From positions 37,448,001 to 37,512,000 of the forward strand of contig NC_079167.1 of assembly GCF_947568905.1 (NCBI RefSeq): 64,000 bases of DNA, read 5' to 3'. The position numbers and the translations under genes are program-made. Of this stretch, positions 36,401 through 50,800 are shown piece by piece. Positions within the stretch are counted from its first letter, which is position 1; every line of letters begins with the position of its first letter. This DNA is from Ostrea edulis (Eukaryota). The notes beneath the pieces are model-generated. The model had not been told where the DNA came from. It ran no database searches and saw only the letters and a list, made by a program, of their open reading frames with translations.

Positions 36401-39400
36401 TGTATTACAATGCAATGTAGAGTATGAATTTTATGAAACTCTGCTTAGTGTGCATGTATACACAAGTTTTGCTATTTAACATTCAATACCAAAGAAACAG
36501 TTTTTTAAAAAAATGATTAGAAATCCATATCAGTTAAAAATAATAGTAAAGATTCAAGACTTCCAGTTACGCTCTTCTGAAGAAATACCTGCAGTAGGGA
36601 ACGTGCTCTTCCTGCATGTTTAAGTTTTAGGACTAGGATTGAAGAGCTTTTGATAGTTTAGATACTAGGTAATAATTATGCATGTTAATGTGATTTTAAA
36701 ATAACTCACTGGGAAAGTACTTAAGATTTGCATGTTATATAGTGTTAAAAAGCAAGTCAGTTAGCAAGTATACATAGAAACTACCGACTCAGAGATCAAG
36801 TGTGTGTTTGAAAGAAATTCTTGTGAGTACAATTTAGTAATTAACTGTATCTTATTCCATATTGCTTAATTGTTATGCATGTTTATTTCCATATTTAAAA
36901 TGTATTTTTAATCTACTTTAAGTTGTAAGTGTGTATATTTACATTCACCAATGTTTTGTTTGTATAAACGTTTGCAGTTTTCATTGTCCATTGAACTGTA
37001 CATAGTAGCTACTATAATTATGGGGAAAAGTTTTATCACAAAGTATAGATATTAGGAATGTAAGTCAGTTATACCTATTATTCCATCTTTCCATTGTTTT
37101 TATAGCCCTACATTATACATACAATACCCATCCATTTATTCCTTAAATGTTTTACATATATAGCTGGCATGACTGTTTCAAATTACAGATGTTGTTTATT
37201 ACATAAATCTAAATCATGTAAACATTGAGTTTGTGCAATTTGATATTTGTAGATCCCAACAACCTATTCTATCTCAGCCCTGCTGTCTCAGACGACATCA
37301 GGACAAACCTTACCTACACATCCAAAATCTCAGTTCTCCAAAACATTGACAGGGAGACCCAGCTTGCCAGATATGACTTTGAAGTTGAGGTATTACAGGC
37401 TGGAATTCAGTTTGACATAATTAAATTGAAACCTACTACTAAAAGTCAAGCTATTAGTATGATTATGATAAGCATTGAACACTTAATTCAAACACGTAAT
37501 TCATGCTCCAAGATGGAGCTAAATTGGTCATATGTTGAAAATGCATTATAACTTAGAGAATCTTCTTTACTGTTGGACATCAAGCAGTCAAACTGTTGGC
37601 ATCATTATGATGAGTAATAAGCCCTAAAACAAAACTGTACATGATATTCATGACCTCTAGGTTCAAGGTTCATGCCCTAGGGTTGTGCTAATTTGGTCAT
37701 ATATTGAAAATGCATTATATCTAAGAAAATCTTCTTTATTTCTGGACATCAACGAAGCAAAATGTTTGCATAATTATAATAAGCATTAAGCTCTCCACCA
37801 AAACTGTGAAATTCATGACCCCAGGGTTCAGGTAAGAAGGAGGGGGGGGGGGGGGGGGGGGCTAGATTGGTCATGTACATTATGTATTGAAAATGCAATA
37901 GAAAATCGGGTGGGTCTTAGTTGATCATGTGTTGAAAATGCAATACAGTGTATAGTTTAGATAATCTCTACTCTAGATATCTATGGAGCGCCAAATTAAC
38001 ATAAACTCAAATAATTGAAGATATCTTCAATTATTTGAAGATATCATCAATTCATTTGATGCGCGCAACAATTTAACTAAAGATCTCTTCAAATAATTAA
38101 TGATATCTTCAATTCTGAATTATTGCGCGCATTAAATGAATTGATGATAGCATTAATTCTTCTGCTGAATTGATGCGTGCTTTAATTGAATTAATGATCT
38201 CTTCAAATGAATTAATGATATCAACAATTGAATTGATGCGCGCTACAATTCAATTGAAGAGAGCAATAATTGATATAATGCGTGCATTAAATCAATTGAT
38301 GAGAGCAATAATTGAATTGATGCGTGCATTAAATCATTTGATGAGAGCAATAATGGATTTAATGCGCGCATTAATTTAATTATTGCTCTCTTCAATTGAA
38401 TTAATGATATCTTTAAATCATTTGAAGAGAGCAATAATTCTTTTAGAGAGAGCAACTAAATAATTAAAGATATCTTCAATTCAACATATCTACAATAGAA
38501 GTAATGATCTCTTTAATTGAATTGTTGCTCTCTTTAAAAGAATTGATGCGCGCATTAATTCCTTATACAAAAGCATTGTAAATAATTAAAGATATCTTCA
38601 ATTGAATTAAAGAGATCATCAAATTATTTATACCGAGCTCTAAATCAATTATTGCGAGCAATATTTCTACGAAATTAATGCTCTCATCAATTGAATTGAA
38701 GAGAGCAATAATTGAATTAATGCGCGCATTAAGTCAATTATTGCTCTCATTAATTCAATTGATGCGCGCATTAATTCAATTGATGAGAGCAATAATTGAA
38801 TTGAAGCGCGCATTAATTCATTTGATGAGAGCAATAATTAATTTAATGCGCGCATTAATTCAATTAAAGAGAGCAATAATTGAATTGATGATATCTTCAA
38901 ATGATTGAAGATATCTTCAATTATTTGAGTTTATGTTAATTTGGCGCTCCATAGATATCAAGTAGGCAAACTGCATTATGATAATAAAGAACAATGAAAC
39001 CTCTTTGAAAAAAGATGATTTGCCCTTTTAGAACTCAAAAGAAAATTGTATTTCACTGTAATGAGATATTGCTTATTCCTCGCTTGTAAAAGAATTGTAA
39101 ATTATCAATCGTGTATGATAGTTATACCGATATATCTATCATCTAGTACAAAGTATGAAAATGGAAAGAAGTATAACAAGCACTGGCAACACAACAATTT
39201 CTAAAGATCAGAAAATGTGCATATTTATGTGACTGTTAAGGACCATAGGTCTCCATCCTCTCGTTGGAATCGTATGTTTACAGTGCCTAATTATGTGTAA
39301 GTTCATTGAATAGATCATGGGAAAACCAACAATTTCAGGCAATTGAGATGGAGAATGGCGTGGAGACGGATCAGAGGGTGACAACCAAAGTCATAGTTAC

Positions 39401-42400
39401 CATTTTAGATGAAGATGACAACAGCCCAACATTTCAGCAATCTTTGTACAACATAACCGTTTTAGAGATGGACAGCAGTTCTATTGCTAATTCAACAACC
39501 CCTCTGCCTGGCCTCAATATGAGAGTTGAGGACCCAGATGATGTAAGCAGTTTGTGAACATATAAATATTTCAACTTCATATTTTTAGGTTTATTCTCTT
39601 CTATATTCTGTTTTCTATGACCTTGATACAAATTTCTACCATTTGAGTTGTAATGTATCATTGTCACACATTCCTCAAAGTTGCATTTGGCCACAAATAA
39701 AGAATTGTTTGTTAGGAACTGCCACATGGGTATTTTTCAGACACAGAAGGAAAGACGTTAATTTTTTTTCTGTTCTAAAGTAATTTCACAATCAAATAGA
39801 AAATGCCCACAGAGTTTGATGAAAAATAAATCTTGAAAAAAGGTAGTAAATTTAGCTTTGTATCACCATTTTGAGATTGAGTTAGATCAAATGGTATCTC
39901 TCAGTAATTTTGATGTATAGTAGAGAAAAATATTGAATTTCTCAAGATTTTTTATAATATAATTATGTCACTAGAGCTTTTTTTAACACTTGGTTGGCAA
40001 TTCCAAATACAAATTTTAATTTGACTCAATTAAATTTTAGCCCATTTTTCAATGTAAACAATACAATAAAATTATAATGCATTCATTTCCTAATCTATCT
40101 CTAGATTGGCATCTGCTAAAGTCTTAACTTGAAGTACAACAACCCGTTTTGGGCAAATAACCACGATTTATCATTTATAGAGACCAAAGCGTATCAGTAA
40201 ATAATTACATAAAGCAAATTAAATCAAATAAAGAGAAATCGTGGTTAATCTCCAATGCCCAAACTGTTGTTGGAGTAGGGAAGAAAACAACTATACAGTG
40301 CAGTCTTATTTTATGCACTTCCTTATTGTCGAGTATTTGTATAGTATTATATATATCAGTGACAAATGTAATTTGAAGGAAGATGTCTGGCATGAAAAGA
40401 GCTCAAAATATGCCAAAGATATTTGACCTTACTTCTGAAATTCAATCCAATTTGATGAAGTCCTCCATTTAATTGACATTGTCCTAAAGTACATGTACCA
40501 CATATGTGGAGTTCAAAATTTAAATTATTGTGAAAATAAGCAGAATTACAATATTAAATCTTCAATAATAAAATTAATGTAATGGCCATATACAGGTGAC
40601 TCTTGATGGCTCGAACTTCGATCTCTCGAAGTGAAATCATGGTCCCGATTTTTTTCTCTATATAACGAAGCAAATTTACTATCGATCTCTCAAATGTTCG
40701 ATCTCTCGAAGTGAAGTTGGGTCCCTTAAAACACATTTCATTGTTTTTCACTCTCGATCTCTCGAAGAGGTGGTAGCGTATACCCACCGTTACACAAGCT
40801 TGTAATAATTTCCACTTGGGCCTTACCTGGATTTGGTTGAATGCTGGAGGTATAATTAGGTGTTTACATAGTTGAAACATCACTGGTGCTTCTTTGTGGA
40901 GGTGACACACTTGAGTATATAATTGGCTAATTGGTCAGTTTACACCTTGCACTGGGGTTTTGAGTGGTGATGATTAAAATTATATATAATCCTACTATGA
41001 ATGAAATCTAGAATTTGTTTTGAAGTGACAACAAGAGTAAGTTTTATACATAATTTAGAGATCTACAGACTGTTAAATTTCTCGACTTTGTTCTTTGTGT
41101 AAAGTTACTCTAAAACATTGTTTTTCTCATTCGTTAGAATTTTTGTTTTGTTTTGTGCTCTGCTTAGTTTGCGATAGTAAAGTGTCATCTGAACTTGGTT
41201 TTGTATGCCTATCTAAACATGATTAAAGAACAAATAAATAAACTTTGAAATGTTTTTATTAATGCAAAATAAGGTTTTTTATTTTTATATCAAAGTACCT
41301 GACGAATATGAAGGAAAACATGTCAAAACGATATCATATGATCTTGTTGGTATACATTTCCGGTTACTGTAAAATCTGAACCATACCGGCGGACCTTCAA
41401 TTTCCGAATATCGATCTCTCGAACTCTTAATCTCTCGAAGTTTTATCAAGGTCCCTTGAACTTCGAGTTATCAAGAGTCATCTGTATAGTTACAGTAAAA
41501 CCTGTCTAATCCGACTGCACTGGGAGACAAATCTTTTGTCGGAATACAACAGTGTAAAAACAATGAAAACATGAAATTGAGAATGAAAACGGATTGCACA
41601 AGTGTCAAATTAGGTAGTTTTCACCGTATATATGTATCCTTTGTTTAATGATACATCTGTTGTTTTTAGCCGAGTAATGCCCAGTTCAGCATATCTATCG
41701 TGACTCAGCCGATTCCTGGTCTCTTCAGTGTGACGCCCACCACAGCCACTCAACAGGCACAGGTTTCTCTGATAGTCAACAAGGCCATACAGCTGGACTA
41801 CGAGAACCCCAGTGTCCGCACACAACAGATCAGAGTGAGTGTTCCTGTTAATTCTACTTCAGAGAGGTGTATACATCTCTCTCTTATAGATAGATAGAGA
41901 GAAAGAGAAGAGTATCTAAGTTTAAAAAATGTCTTAAAAAGCAGTCTAACATTCAGGAAAAAATATCAGAATTTCATTGAAATTTAATAATAAAAAATCG
42001 TAATAAATATAATAATTTGAATATTGAATGCATGTGAAAATCTTATTTATGTATGGGTGTGCTTACACACTATGAAGTAAATCTAATGACAGTAGAAGAT
42101 AGTATAGTCATTATGGAGACGTACATCTTATTAGATTTATAAAATCGGTGGCGTTTCACAGCTTAGTTAACATGTTGTAGTTAACGTGTTGTAATGTGTT
42201 GCAGCTGTTAGCACAAGATGTCAACAATCCTACTCAGCATTCCTCGACGGCAGTGGTGATCATCAATTTAGAGGACAGCAATGATAACACTCCCCAATTC
42301 CCAGCTACGGAGTACATTGCCTCCGTCCGGGAAGACAGGGGCATTGGAAGCTCGATAATTACAATCACTGTAAATATTACCTCAGTTTGAGCTGCCTTGG

Positions 42401-44769
42401 AAAGGATATATATCCGCTAATAACTTCTCTCAGCATTAATCAGCATATATGTATAATGTATAAAACGGTTTTAATTTGAAATGCGACTTTGACATCAGAA
42501 TGCTATCTTCAAAAGAAAACATCTTTCTGAAATGAATTCTTGGGTCAGATTTAATAGAATGCGAATCTATAGTATAGATGAAAGTGAATTTTATAAATAC
42601 AGCTGATTTGAATGCTGAAAAATTACTGTTCTTTTGATTTTATATATTTGTACATATTTCTGTATTCGATATGTTCCAATAAGTATGAGTGTGGAGAAAG
42701 TCAGCACTGCCTGCTTGTACATTCATAAATTGATCCTTTGTCTAGCAATTACTTTACAAGACAGGAAGTGTCATGCTGTTTTGATGTTTTAATTTTGCCT
42801 AAACCTCGCTGCTTTTTCAACACAGGGCTCCGACAGAGACAGTGGTGAAAATGGTCGTTTGGAGTATTCGCTGCGCGGCACAGGATTAGAAAAGTGAGTT
42901 TAATATTTAACAGGATCAAGTCTGTTGCCTTGCCATTTAAAAAAAATTACCAACCTGTCTTACTAAGTATGGTGCAATGTCATTGGAATAATATTTGTAA
43001 TTATATGCACATTTAATGGATAAGCAAAAAGGATTTGTTTGCAATGACAGATATTCAAGAGAAAGAGGCCCTTGCAAATCTTGTGGACATTTTTCACATT
43101 TGTGAAAAAAATGGTCATCAGCATGATATTGTCTCTTACAGAACCCCATAGAATATATGATAGCCTATGTTCACCCTTATAGTAAATGCTAATAGGGTTT
43201 TTAAAATGTGTAGATCTTTCATTTCCTTACATGGAATATTATTGTCAAGGACTGCAGCATTCTTCACTTACTACCAGATTCCTCCTCAAATGTTCATCGA
43301 ATGAAAAGCCAAGCTTGGAAAAAAAAACAATTTGCCCTCTCAAATTTTCATCCAGTTGTTTGATACCTGAAAAACAGCATTCTAGAGTTCAAAATATCTC
43401 GCAGTAAAATATCAGATTCTGTTGGTCAAATTTCTATTTGAAACAGCATATGAGATATTTTAGTTTAATATTTTCAATGTTGCTAGCCAGCATGGCACTC
43501 AGTCTCCCTGTCGTGTGTGTATGATAATTTTAGCTGTCTTCAAAAGTTTGTTGTCGCCTAAAAATTCTGTTGTTTTTTTTTTTCTTTTTATGTGTAATTA
43601 GACAATTATAATCTGTCTGGTGCAATAGATGTATCTGTCGATTCCATTAATTTATTTTTATGACTTTCATGACAGTTACATGTGTCATATTTTAACACAC
43701 TGTGAAATGTAACTTTCAGATTGTGCATTACAATAAAATGAAATACCCATGTATTTATTATGTATTTTTTGCATCCAGGTTCAATGTCGATCCATCAACA
43801 GGCCGTGTCACACTAGCCCAGTCTCTGGATTACGAGGATACGACATCATACCAGTTGCTGTTTAGGGCCGTAGATAAGGGTAATCCTAGTCGGGAGGCCT
43901 CCGTCAGTTTGACTATTTCTGTTCTCAACTACAATGACTTTGGACCAGTCTTCAATCCTGACTCTTATCAAACCTCAGTGAACGAAGGAGAAGTGAACAT
44001 CCTGATTCCTGTTATTGTGAAGGTAATGAAAGGAAAATCCACATTTTCAAAATCTTTCATTCAATTATTGATGTGGCTATGAGTGTGAATCAGTCAAGAG
44101 TTTTTAAAAAGATTATTACAGCGAATTACAAAAGACCGGTTGAGTTTTCAATTGCTTGCTGGATTGATCAATATACTTTACAATTTGGTCAGCAAAGTAT
44201 CACATTTGGTCTGAATTTAGGTCACAGAGTTATTCAGGTATGACAAAGAATTGACAACTTTTTTTTCTCAGTGTGAGTGACAATAACCCCATCTAGTTTT
44301 ACTGATTATTTCAGTAAAAGAATTTTTCTCATTGTATAGGTCAATAATTTCTTTATTTGTTTCTTCAGAAATTTCCTTTCCATTTCTAAAATATCTCCCC
44401 ATCTTATTTTTTTTCATGGTTATAAGCTGAATAGGTGTTGTAAAATTCCCAAAGAAAGACACTGCTAGGTAGATGTGCACTAACCAACCCTGAAAACTAT
44501 AAATAGAATAACTAAACAATAGAAGACTGAACCTGAATGGTTTAGCTAGAATAACATAATTCTATTGGTCAGAAACTGTGAGTAACAATAGAAGAGCATT
44601 CTGGAAGTTTTCTTTGTGTGATATGAATCATGGACTGACCTCAAATATAGATTGACAAACAGATGAATGGTACATGTGGACACTTTGTGAGATGTCTAAT
44701 GAAAATTTCTAAAGTGAAATTGGTGAGAGTTTAGTAAAGTTCAATTTAATAAATAATTTAAAAAATTAT

Positions 44770-44801
<32 letters not shown>

Positions 44802-47800
44802 ATGCACCCTTTTCTTTACTAAAGTAATCAAAAGTATTTTTGAAAGAGAGATATAATCAAATTTGATTTTATTCCAAATTTATTGATTTAGAAAGACTAG
44901 AAATAATGTTTCAAATATGAAAGAGAAAGAGAGTGCAACTTCTTTTTTTTTTACTTAAACATGTTAAAGTAATCAAATGTAAATTTTGAGAGAAATATAA
45001 TCAAATTTGATTTTAATTGATATTCACTTTTAAAAAAACACCTAGGGAAATAGCTGCAAAAGACACTGAAATCAACTCAGATTTACCTGTAAAAGCAATC
45101 TACGCTTGAGTAACTTTGTGACCTAAATTCAGACCAAATGTGATTCTTGGCTGACCAAATTGTAAAGTCTATTGATCAATCCAGCAGGCAATAGAAAACT
45201 CAACTGGTGTTTTGTAATTCGCTGTAATTTAGAAAATGAAGTACAATTATGCCATACAGTTGAGATACCCTTCCTTTTAATGGGATCTTTTGAATGATGC
45301 ATCATAGATTGTCATATAACTTGATTAATACTCCAGTGTCTCTATTATCATTCATTTTTAAACGCTTGATGTACCCTAAAGTGTTTTTTATCATCATTTA
45401 TTTAAAGTTACTGTAATAGACAGGTAATTATGAATAAAATTCTAAATCTTATTTTCTCGTTATTGGAAAAATCTTATTAAAGGTTTTTTAAAAGGCATAA
45501 AGTTTTAAGAGTCGTTACTTTTTTTTTCATGTGTAGGCTCGAGACCAAGAATCTTTGGATAACATCACATATGCCATTGTTGCTGGAAATACAGCTGATA
45601 ATGCATTTGTCCTTAACCTGAGAACAGGGGTGCTTTCTCTGTCCAGAGGCCTTAACTATGAGGAGACTCCCAGACGGAGTGGATTGTAAGCGATTATCAA
45701 GTCTAGTAGGAATTTTTTACATTTAAGAATATGAATTTCAACTTTGAAAATACATGAGGGTATGAACTACCTTACTTCGACTCGCCGACATGCTTCATGA
45801 AGTGAATTAGCATGAAAAGTATGCTGGCATGGAGCATTGCAGTTCATACTCTCAGGTATTTTCAAATAGGAAATTTATTTTTATGCCCCCCTTCAAAGAA
45901 GAGGGGCATATTGGTTTGCACCTGTCGGTCGGTCGGTCGGTAGACCACATGTTGTCTGCTCAATATCTTGAGAACCATTCTCTTGATTGTAATGATATTT
46001 CATATGTGGTTATGAAAAGAAGAGGACCCCTATTTTTTTCAGGTCAAAAGGTTAAAGGTCAAGGGTCAATCTACTCTGGAAATAGGAATATACTGTCCGC
46101 TCAATATCTTGAGAACCCTTTACTTGACAGACATCAAACTTGGTACAATGGTACATCTTCAGGAGAAGATGACTACTAATGATTTTGAGGTCACATGGTC
46201 AAGGGTCAAACTGGACATAGGAATATACTGTCCATTTAATATCTTGAGAACCCTTTGCTTGACAGACATCAAACATGGTACACTGGTACATCTTCAGGAG
46301 TTGATGACCCCTATTGATTTTGAGGTCACATGGTCAATCCACTCTGACATAGGAAGATATTGTCTGCTCAATATTTTGAATTGATGATACTACTCTCAAT
46401 TAAATGATGTGTGTGTGTGTATTTGCACCATGGTGGGGGGGGGGGGGGGGGGAATATGTGTTTTACAAACATCTGTTGTTTATATTTACTTTGTACTTTT
46501 ATTTCTGTCAGAATTCCCAGCTGTTTTAGAATAGAAGTACTATATTTATTGAGATTCATTCGCACTTTGTTCTAAACTGCATCACATTCATTAGAAAAAT
46601 TGCTGTCACTACAACTGGTAAACTGATATCAAAGGCAAAACATTGAAAATGTAAACATCATCATGGAGTATCAAATATCACAAAGAATATATGGAGTAGA
46701 GATTATTTCATTAAATTTTAATTCATATCAAGGTGATTTTTTCTTCTTGTTTTGGACAGTTTCAGCCTGACTGTACAAGCCACAGATTCAGACTTCCCTC
46801 CACAGTCCTCCAACACAACTATTACAGTATTAGTCATTGTAAGTATCAAATACATCATTTGTTTCTGTTCCTAGTGTATTCCCTGATCATTCTGAGTACA
46901 CAGATAAGTACTTAGTATTCAAATTTGAGATATTTTGTCTGTTCTTTAACAGGATAAAAATAACCATGACCCAACATTTGTACAGTCTCAATATACGGCA
47001 AATATCAGCGAGGGAGCAGTTTTAGGTAGGTCTCAGAACACAGCTCAGGTTAATCACAAGCATAGCTGAGCACTCAGAACACAGCTCAGGTTAGTCAAAG
47101 CATAGCTTACCATTCTTACAATATTTGGAAGACAGCTCAAATCATCTGCAGTGGACTTGTAACCACCCCTTGAAGGTGTTTATAAGTATTTTATTGGTCG
47201 GTACGCACGCACTAAGATTATCACTGTGAATCAAAGGTCTAAGCTACTTGTATGAAGATTTAGGAAGGATTTTAAGAATTGAAGAAAAGAAATTAGTTTT
47301 ATGTAAAAGGTCGGGGGGTATAGATATTTTCAGCTGTTGAACTATGGATTAATACCTGGTACTTAAGTCTAGAAGTTCTGTTGTTAAATAGATGTCTTAT
47401 TAATTGTCAGGGTCCTTTGTGAAGAGTGTCTCAGCCACTGACCAAGATTTCGGATCCAATGGAAACATTTCTTACTACATCTGGAGTGGGGGACTTGACC
47501 ACTTTCTCATTGACCAACAGGGTCAGGTCACAGTCAGCGGTGGGGCAGCCCTAGACGTGGACACTGTCCGTAGATATGATGTCATAGTAAGTACAGAGTG
47601 AACATGCAATGTAACTTGATGACAATGACGATTGGTGATCGATTTTTACTAGAAGACTAATGTTGTGATTGGATTATAATTGATTTGCATGTCAATTAAC
47701 TTCTGAACTGAAAATGTATGACAGTAGTCAAATAATTGCTGCTCTACACAATAGTAGATAGAACTCTCAAAGTCACAAATAACAGGCTGTGACTATACTA

Positions 47801-50800
47801 ATATAACAGGCTGTGACTATAGTAATATAACAGGCTGTGACTATAGTAATATAACAGGCTGTGACTATACTAATATAACAGGCTGTCACTATACTAATAT
47901 AACAGGCTGTGACTATAGTAATATAACAGGCTGTGACTATACTAATATAACAGGCTGTCACTATACTGATATAACAGGCTGTCATTCTACTAATATAACA
48001 GGTTGTCACTATACTAATATAACAGGCTGTCACTATACTAATATAACAGGCTGTCACTATAGTAATATAACAGGCTGTGACTATACTAATATAACAGGCT
48101 GTCACTATACTAATATAACAGGCTGTCACTATACTAATATAACAGGCTGTGACTACACTAATATAACAGGCTGTGACTATAGTAATATAACAGGCTGTGA
48201 CTATACTAATATAACAGTATGTCACTATACTAATATAACAGGCTGTCACTCTACTAATATAACAGTATGTGACTATACTAATATAACAGGCTGTCACTAT
48301 ACTAATATAACAGGCTGTCACTATACTAATATAACAGGCTGTCAGTATAGTAATATAACAGGCTGTGACTATACTAATATAACAGTATGTGACTATACTG
48401 ATATAACAGGCTGTGACTATACTAATATAACAGACTGTCACTATGCTAATATAACAGTATGTGACTATACTAATATAACAGGCTGTGACTATACTAATAT
48501 AACAGGATGTCACTATACTAATATAACAGGCTGTCACTATAGTAATATAACAGGCTGTCACTATACTAATATAACAGTATGTGACTATACTAATATAACA
48601 GGCTGTCACTCTACTAATATAACAGGCTGTCACTCTACTAATATAACAGTATGTGACTATACTAATATAACAGGTTGTGACTATACTAATATAACAGGCT
48701 ATGACTATACTAATATAACAGGCTGTCACTATACTAATATAACAGGCTGTCACTATACTAATATAACAGGCTGTCACTATACTAATATAACAGGCTGTCA
48801 CTATACTAATAAATGCATGAAACAAACAAACAAAACCTTTAAAAAATTCTACTTGGCTTAAAGTAGTAATTTCAATAGTTCATTGAATGAGATTTACATA
48901 ATTTGAATACTGATTAATCAATAATCGTCAAATTGATTTTGTATGGACAAGAGTTATAGGCATTTTGATGCACAATGTATATAGACTCATAAAAAATTTC
49001 TGTTACTGAACCTTTTCAAAAACTCTGAAAACCTTGAGTCCAGAACTTGACACAACAAATCTCACAGGCAAACCTGTTTGGAGCTTGAAAGAGTAATTTT
49101 CTTTACATGACTGTGACATGTTGAATGTTTTCTGTATTTTAGATTCATGCTCGAGACCAAGGGAGTCCCCCGAGAACTGGTTCCACAACCCTCATAGTGA
49201 CCCTCAACGACTCCAACAACAAGGACCCATTCTTCACTGAGCAGTTCTACATTGGATCAGTACAGGAAAGTGAGTATGAATATTGGTAATGTTTTATCAC
49301 ATTATGAATGGGATGCATGCATGCACATGCATGTATTTAAAACTACATGTAATATAAAAATGGTCTGTTTCTTTATCCAACAATATTTCTAGTTAAGTAC
49401 AAATTTAGAGGTGTATTGGTGCTTGACTCAGAGGGATAGGAGATATATTTACTGAAATAAGCATTGCATTACAGCAAGAGGTCTTATATGTCTCAAAAGT
49501 TGCCCTTATAATTATCATAAATCAGGTTCTTATGTATAAATATGTTTCCTAGTGATTTTGCTATTAAAGTAAGAAAAATGGAAATGCTCCTATTTTTAGA
49601 CCTGGCATTTCAGATATAGGAGTAAAATGAAAATCAACAGATGTTTTTCTAATATACAAACACCATGGAGGTTTCTTATGTGACATGTGTTGATCATTTT
49701 CAGCGGTGTCGATTGGAACATCTGTGTTACAAGTGAAGGCTGACGATACTGACAGCACTAAGTCGCTGCAGTATTCTATAGACCAACTCAGCATCATCGC
49801 CAAAAACACAGACGGGACGCGGATCCAGGCATTATATCCTTACGACTTCAGGGTACGTCTTGAAAAACCTGACACTTTTTAAAGCATTGTTTGAGCCATG
49901 TACAAAATATTTTTGGGAAGGAATAGATGAATACAGAGCAAATGTTTTATCTCATTTTTCATGAAGTTCTATAAAGCTATCAAAATGAATTTGTGAATTC
50001 AAAAAGGTTAACTTCTTTTTCATTTGATACTTTTAAGTCATATTAAGGAGTTGTCAGAAAATTATAGCCAAAGTAAAAATTTTCTTTACTTGTAGGAGGC
50101 TTTTGAGATTGAGCCGACTTCTGGTGTAATTAAAGTGAAGTCGGCCCTGAAACGTGATAGTGCAGCCGAAATAGATTTCAACGTTATTGTCAGAGATGTA
50201 AATGCTGAGAACAACAAACCGCAAACGGCCACAGGTGACAAGCTTCATTTAATGAAAACTACAAATCTAGTTATTGTGAATGAAAACCACAGGTGACAAG
50301 CTTCATTTAATGAAAACTACAAATCTAGTTATTGTGAATGAAAACTATTATGTTACGAGACTCCTCAGTTTCTCAATGAATGAATTTGATACAATAAATG
50401 ATCAACTGTGGCAGATGTATATGAAACTCCTCAGTTTCTCAATGAATGAATTTTATACACGAAATGATCCATTGTGGCAGATGTATATGAAGTGTTTATT
50501 TCAATAATCTTATTCAGGAATAGCATCTTGCAAAATGAAAATAATAATTGTGTTTATCAGTTATGTACCAATCTCGCGTGTTTCTTTTCAGCTCTTGTAT
50601 TGATAACGATATTGGGTTCGGCTGATTTAACTCCTTACTTTGCTCCTCCGTGGACTGTGACCAATCCTACATATTACTACACTCTGCCTGAGGAGCTGGC
50701 CATTGGTACAGTCACATCAACGCTTATTGCCACTGACCCCAAGGGGCCATTCCAGATCACCAACTTCCAGGAAATAGCAGAATCTAATGGAGGAGATCTG

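Noticed and set aside
37842-37861. Poly-G runs (also about 11700, 29221, 34921, 46436) as functional G-quadruplexes
   Set aside because: Simple homopolymers, common in such genomes and error-prone in sequencing; nothing links them to function
38170-38908. Leucine-zipper-like MRAIIEL/LLLSSIE ORFs
   Set aside because: They occur on both strands and arise from the 21-bp units of the foldback element
47773-48825. 350-aa YISIVTAC ORF as a real gene
   Set aside because: Coincides exactly with a 24-bp array inside an intron; kept only as a low-interest finding
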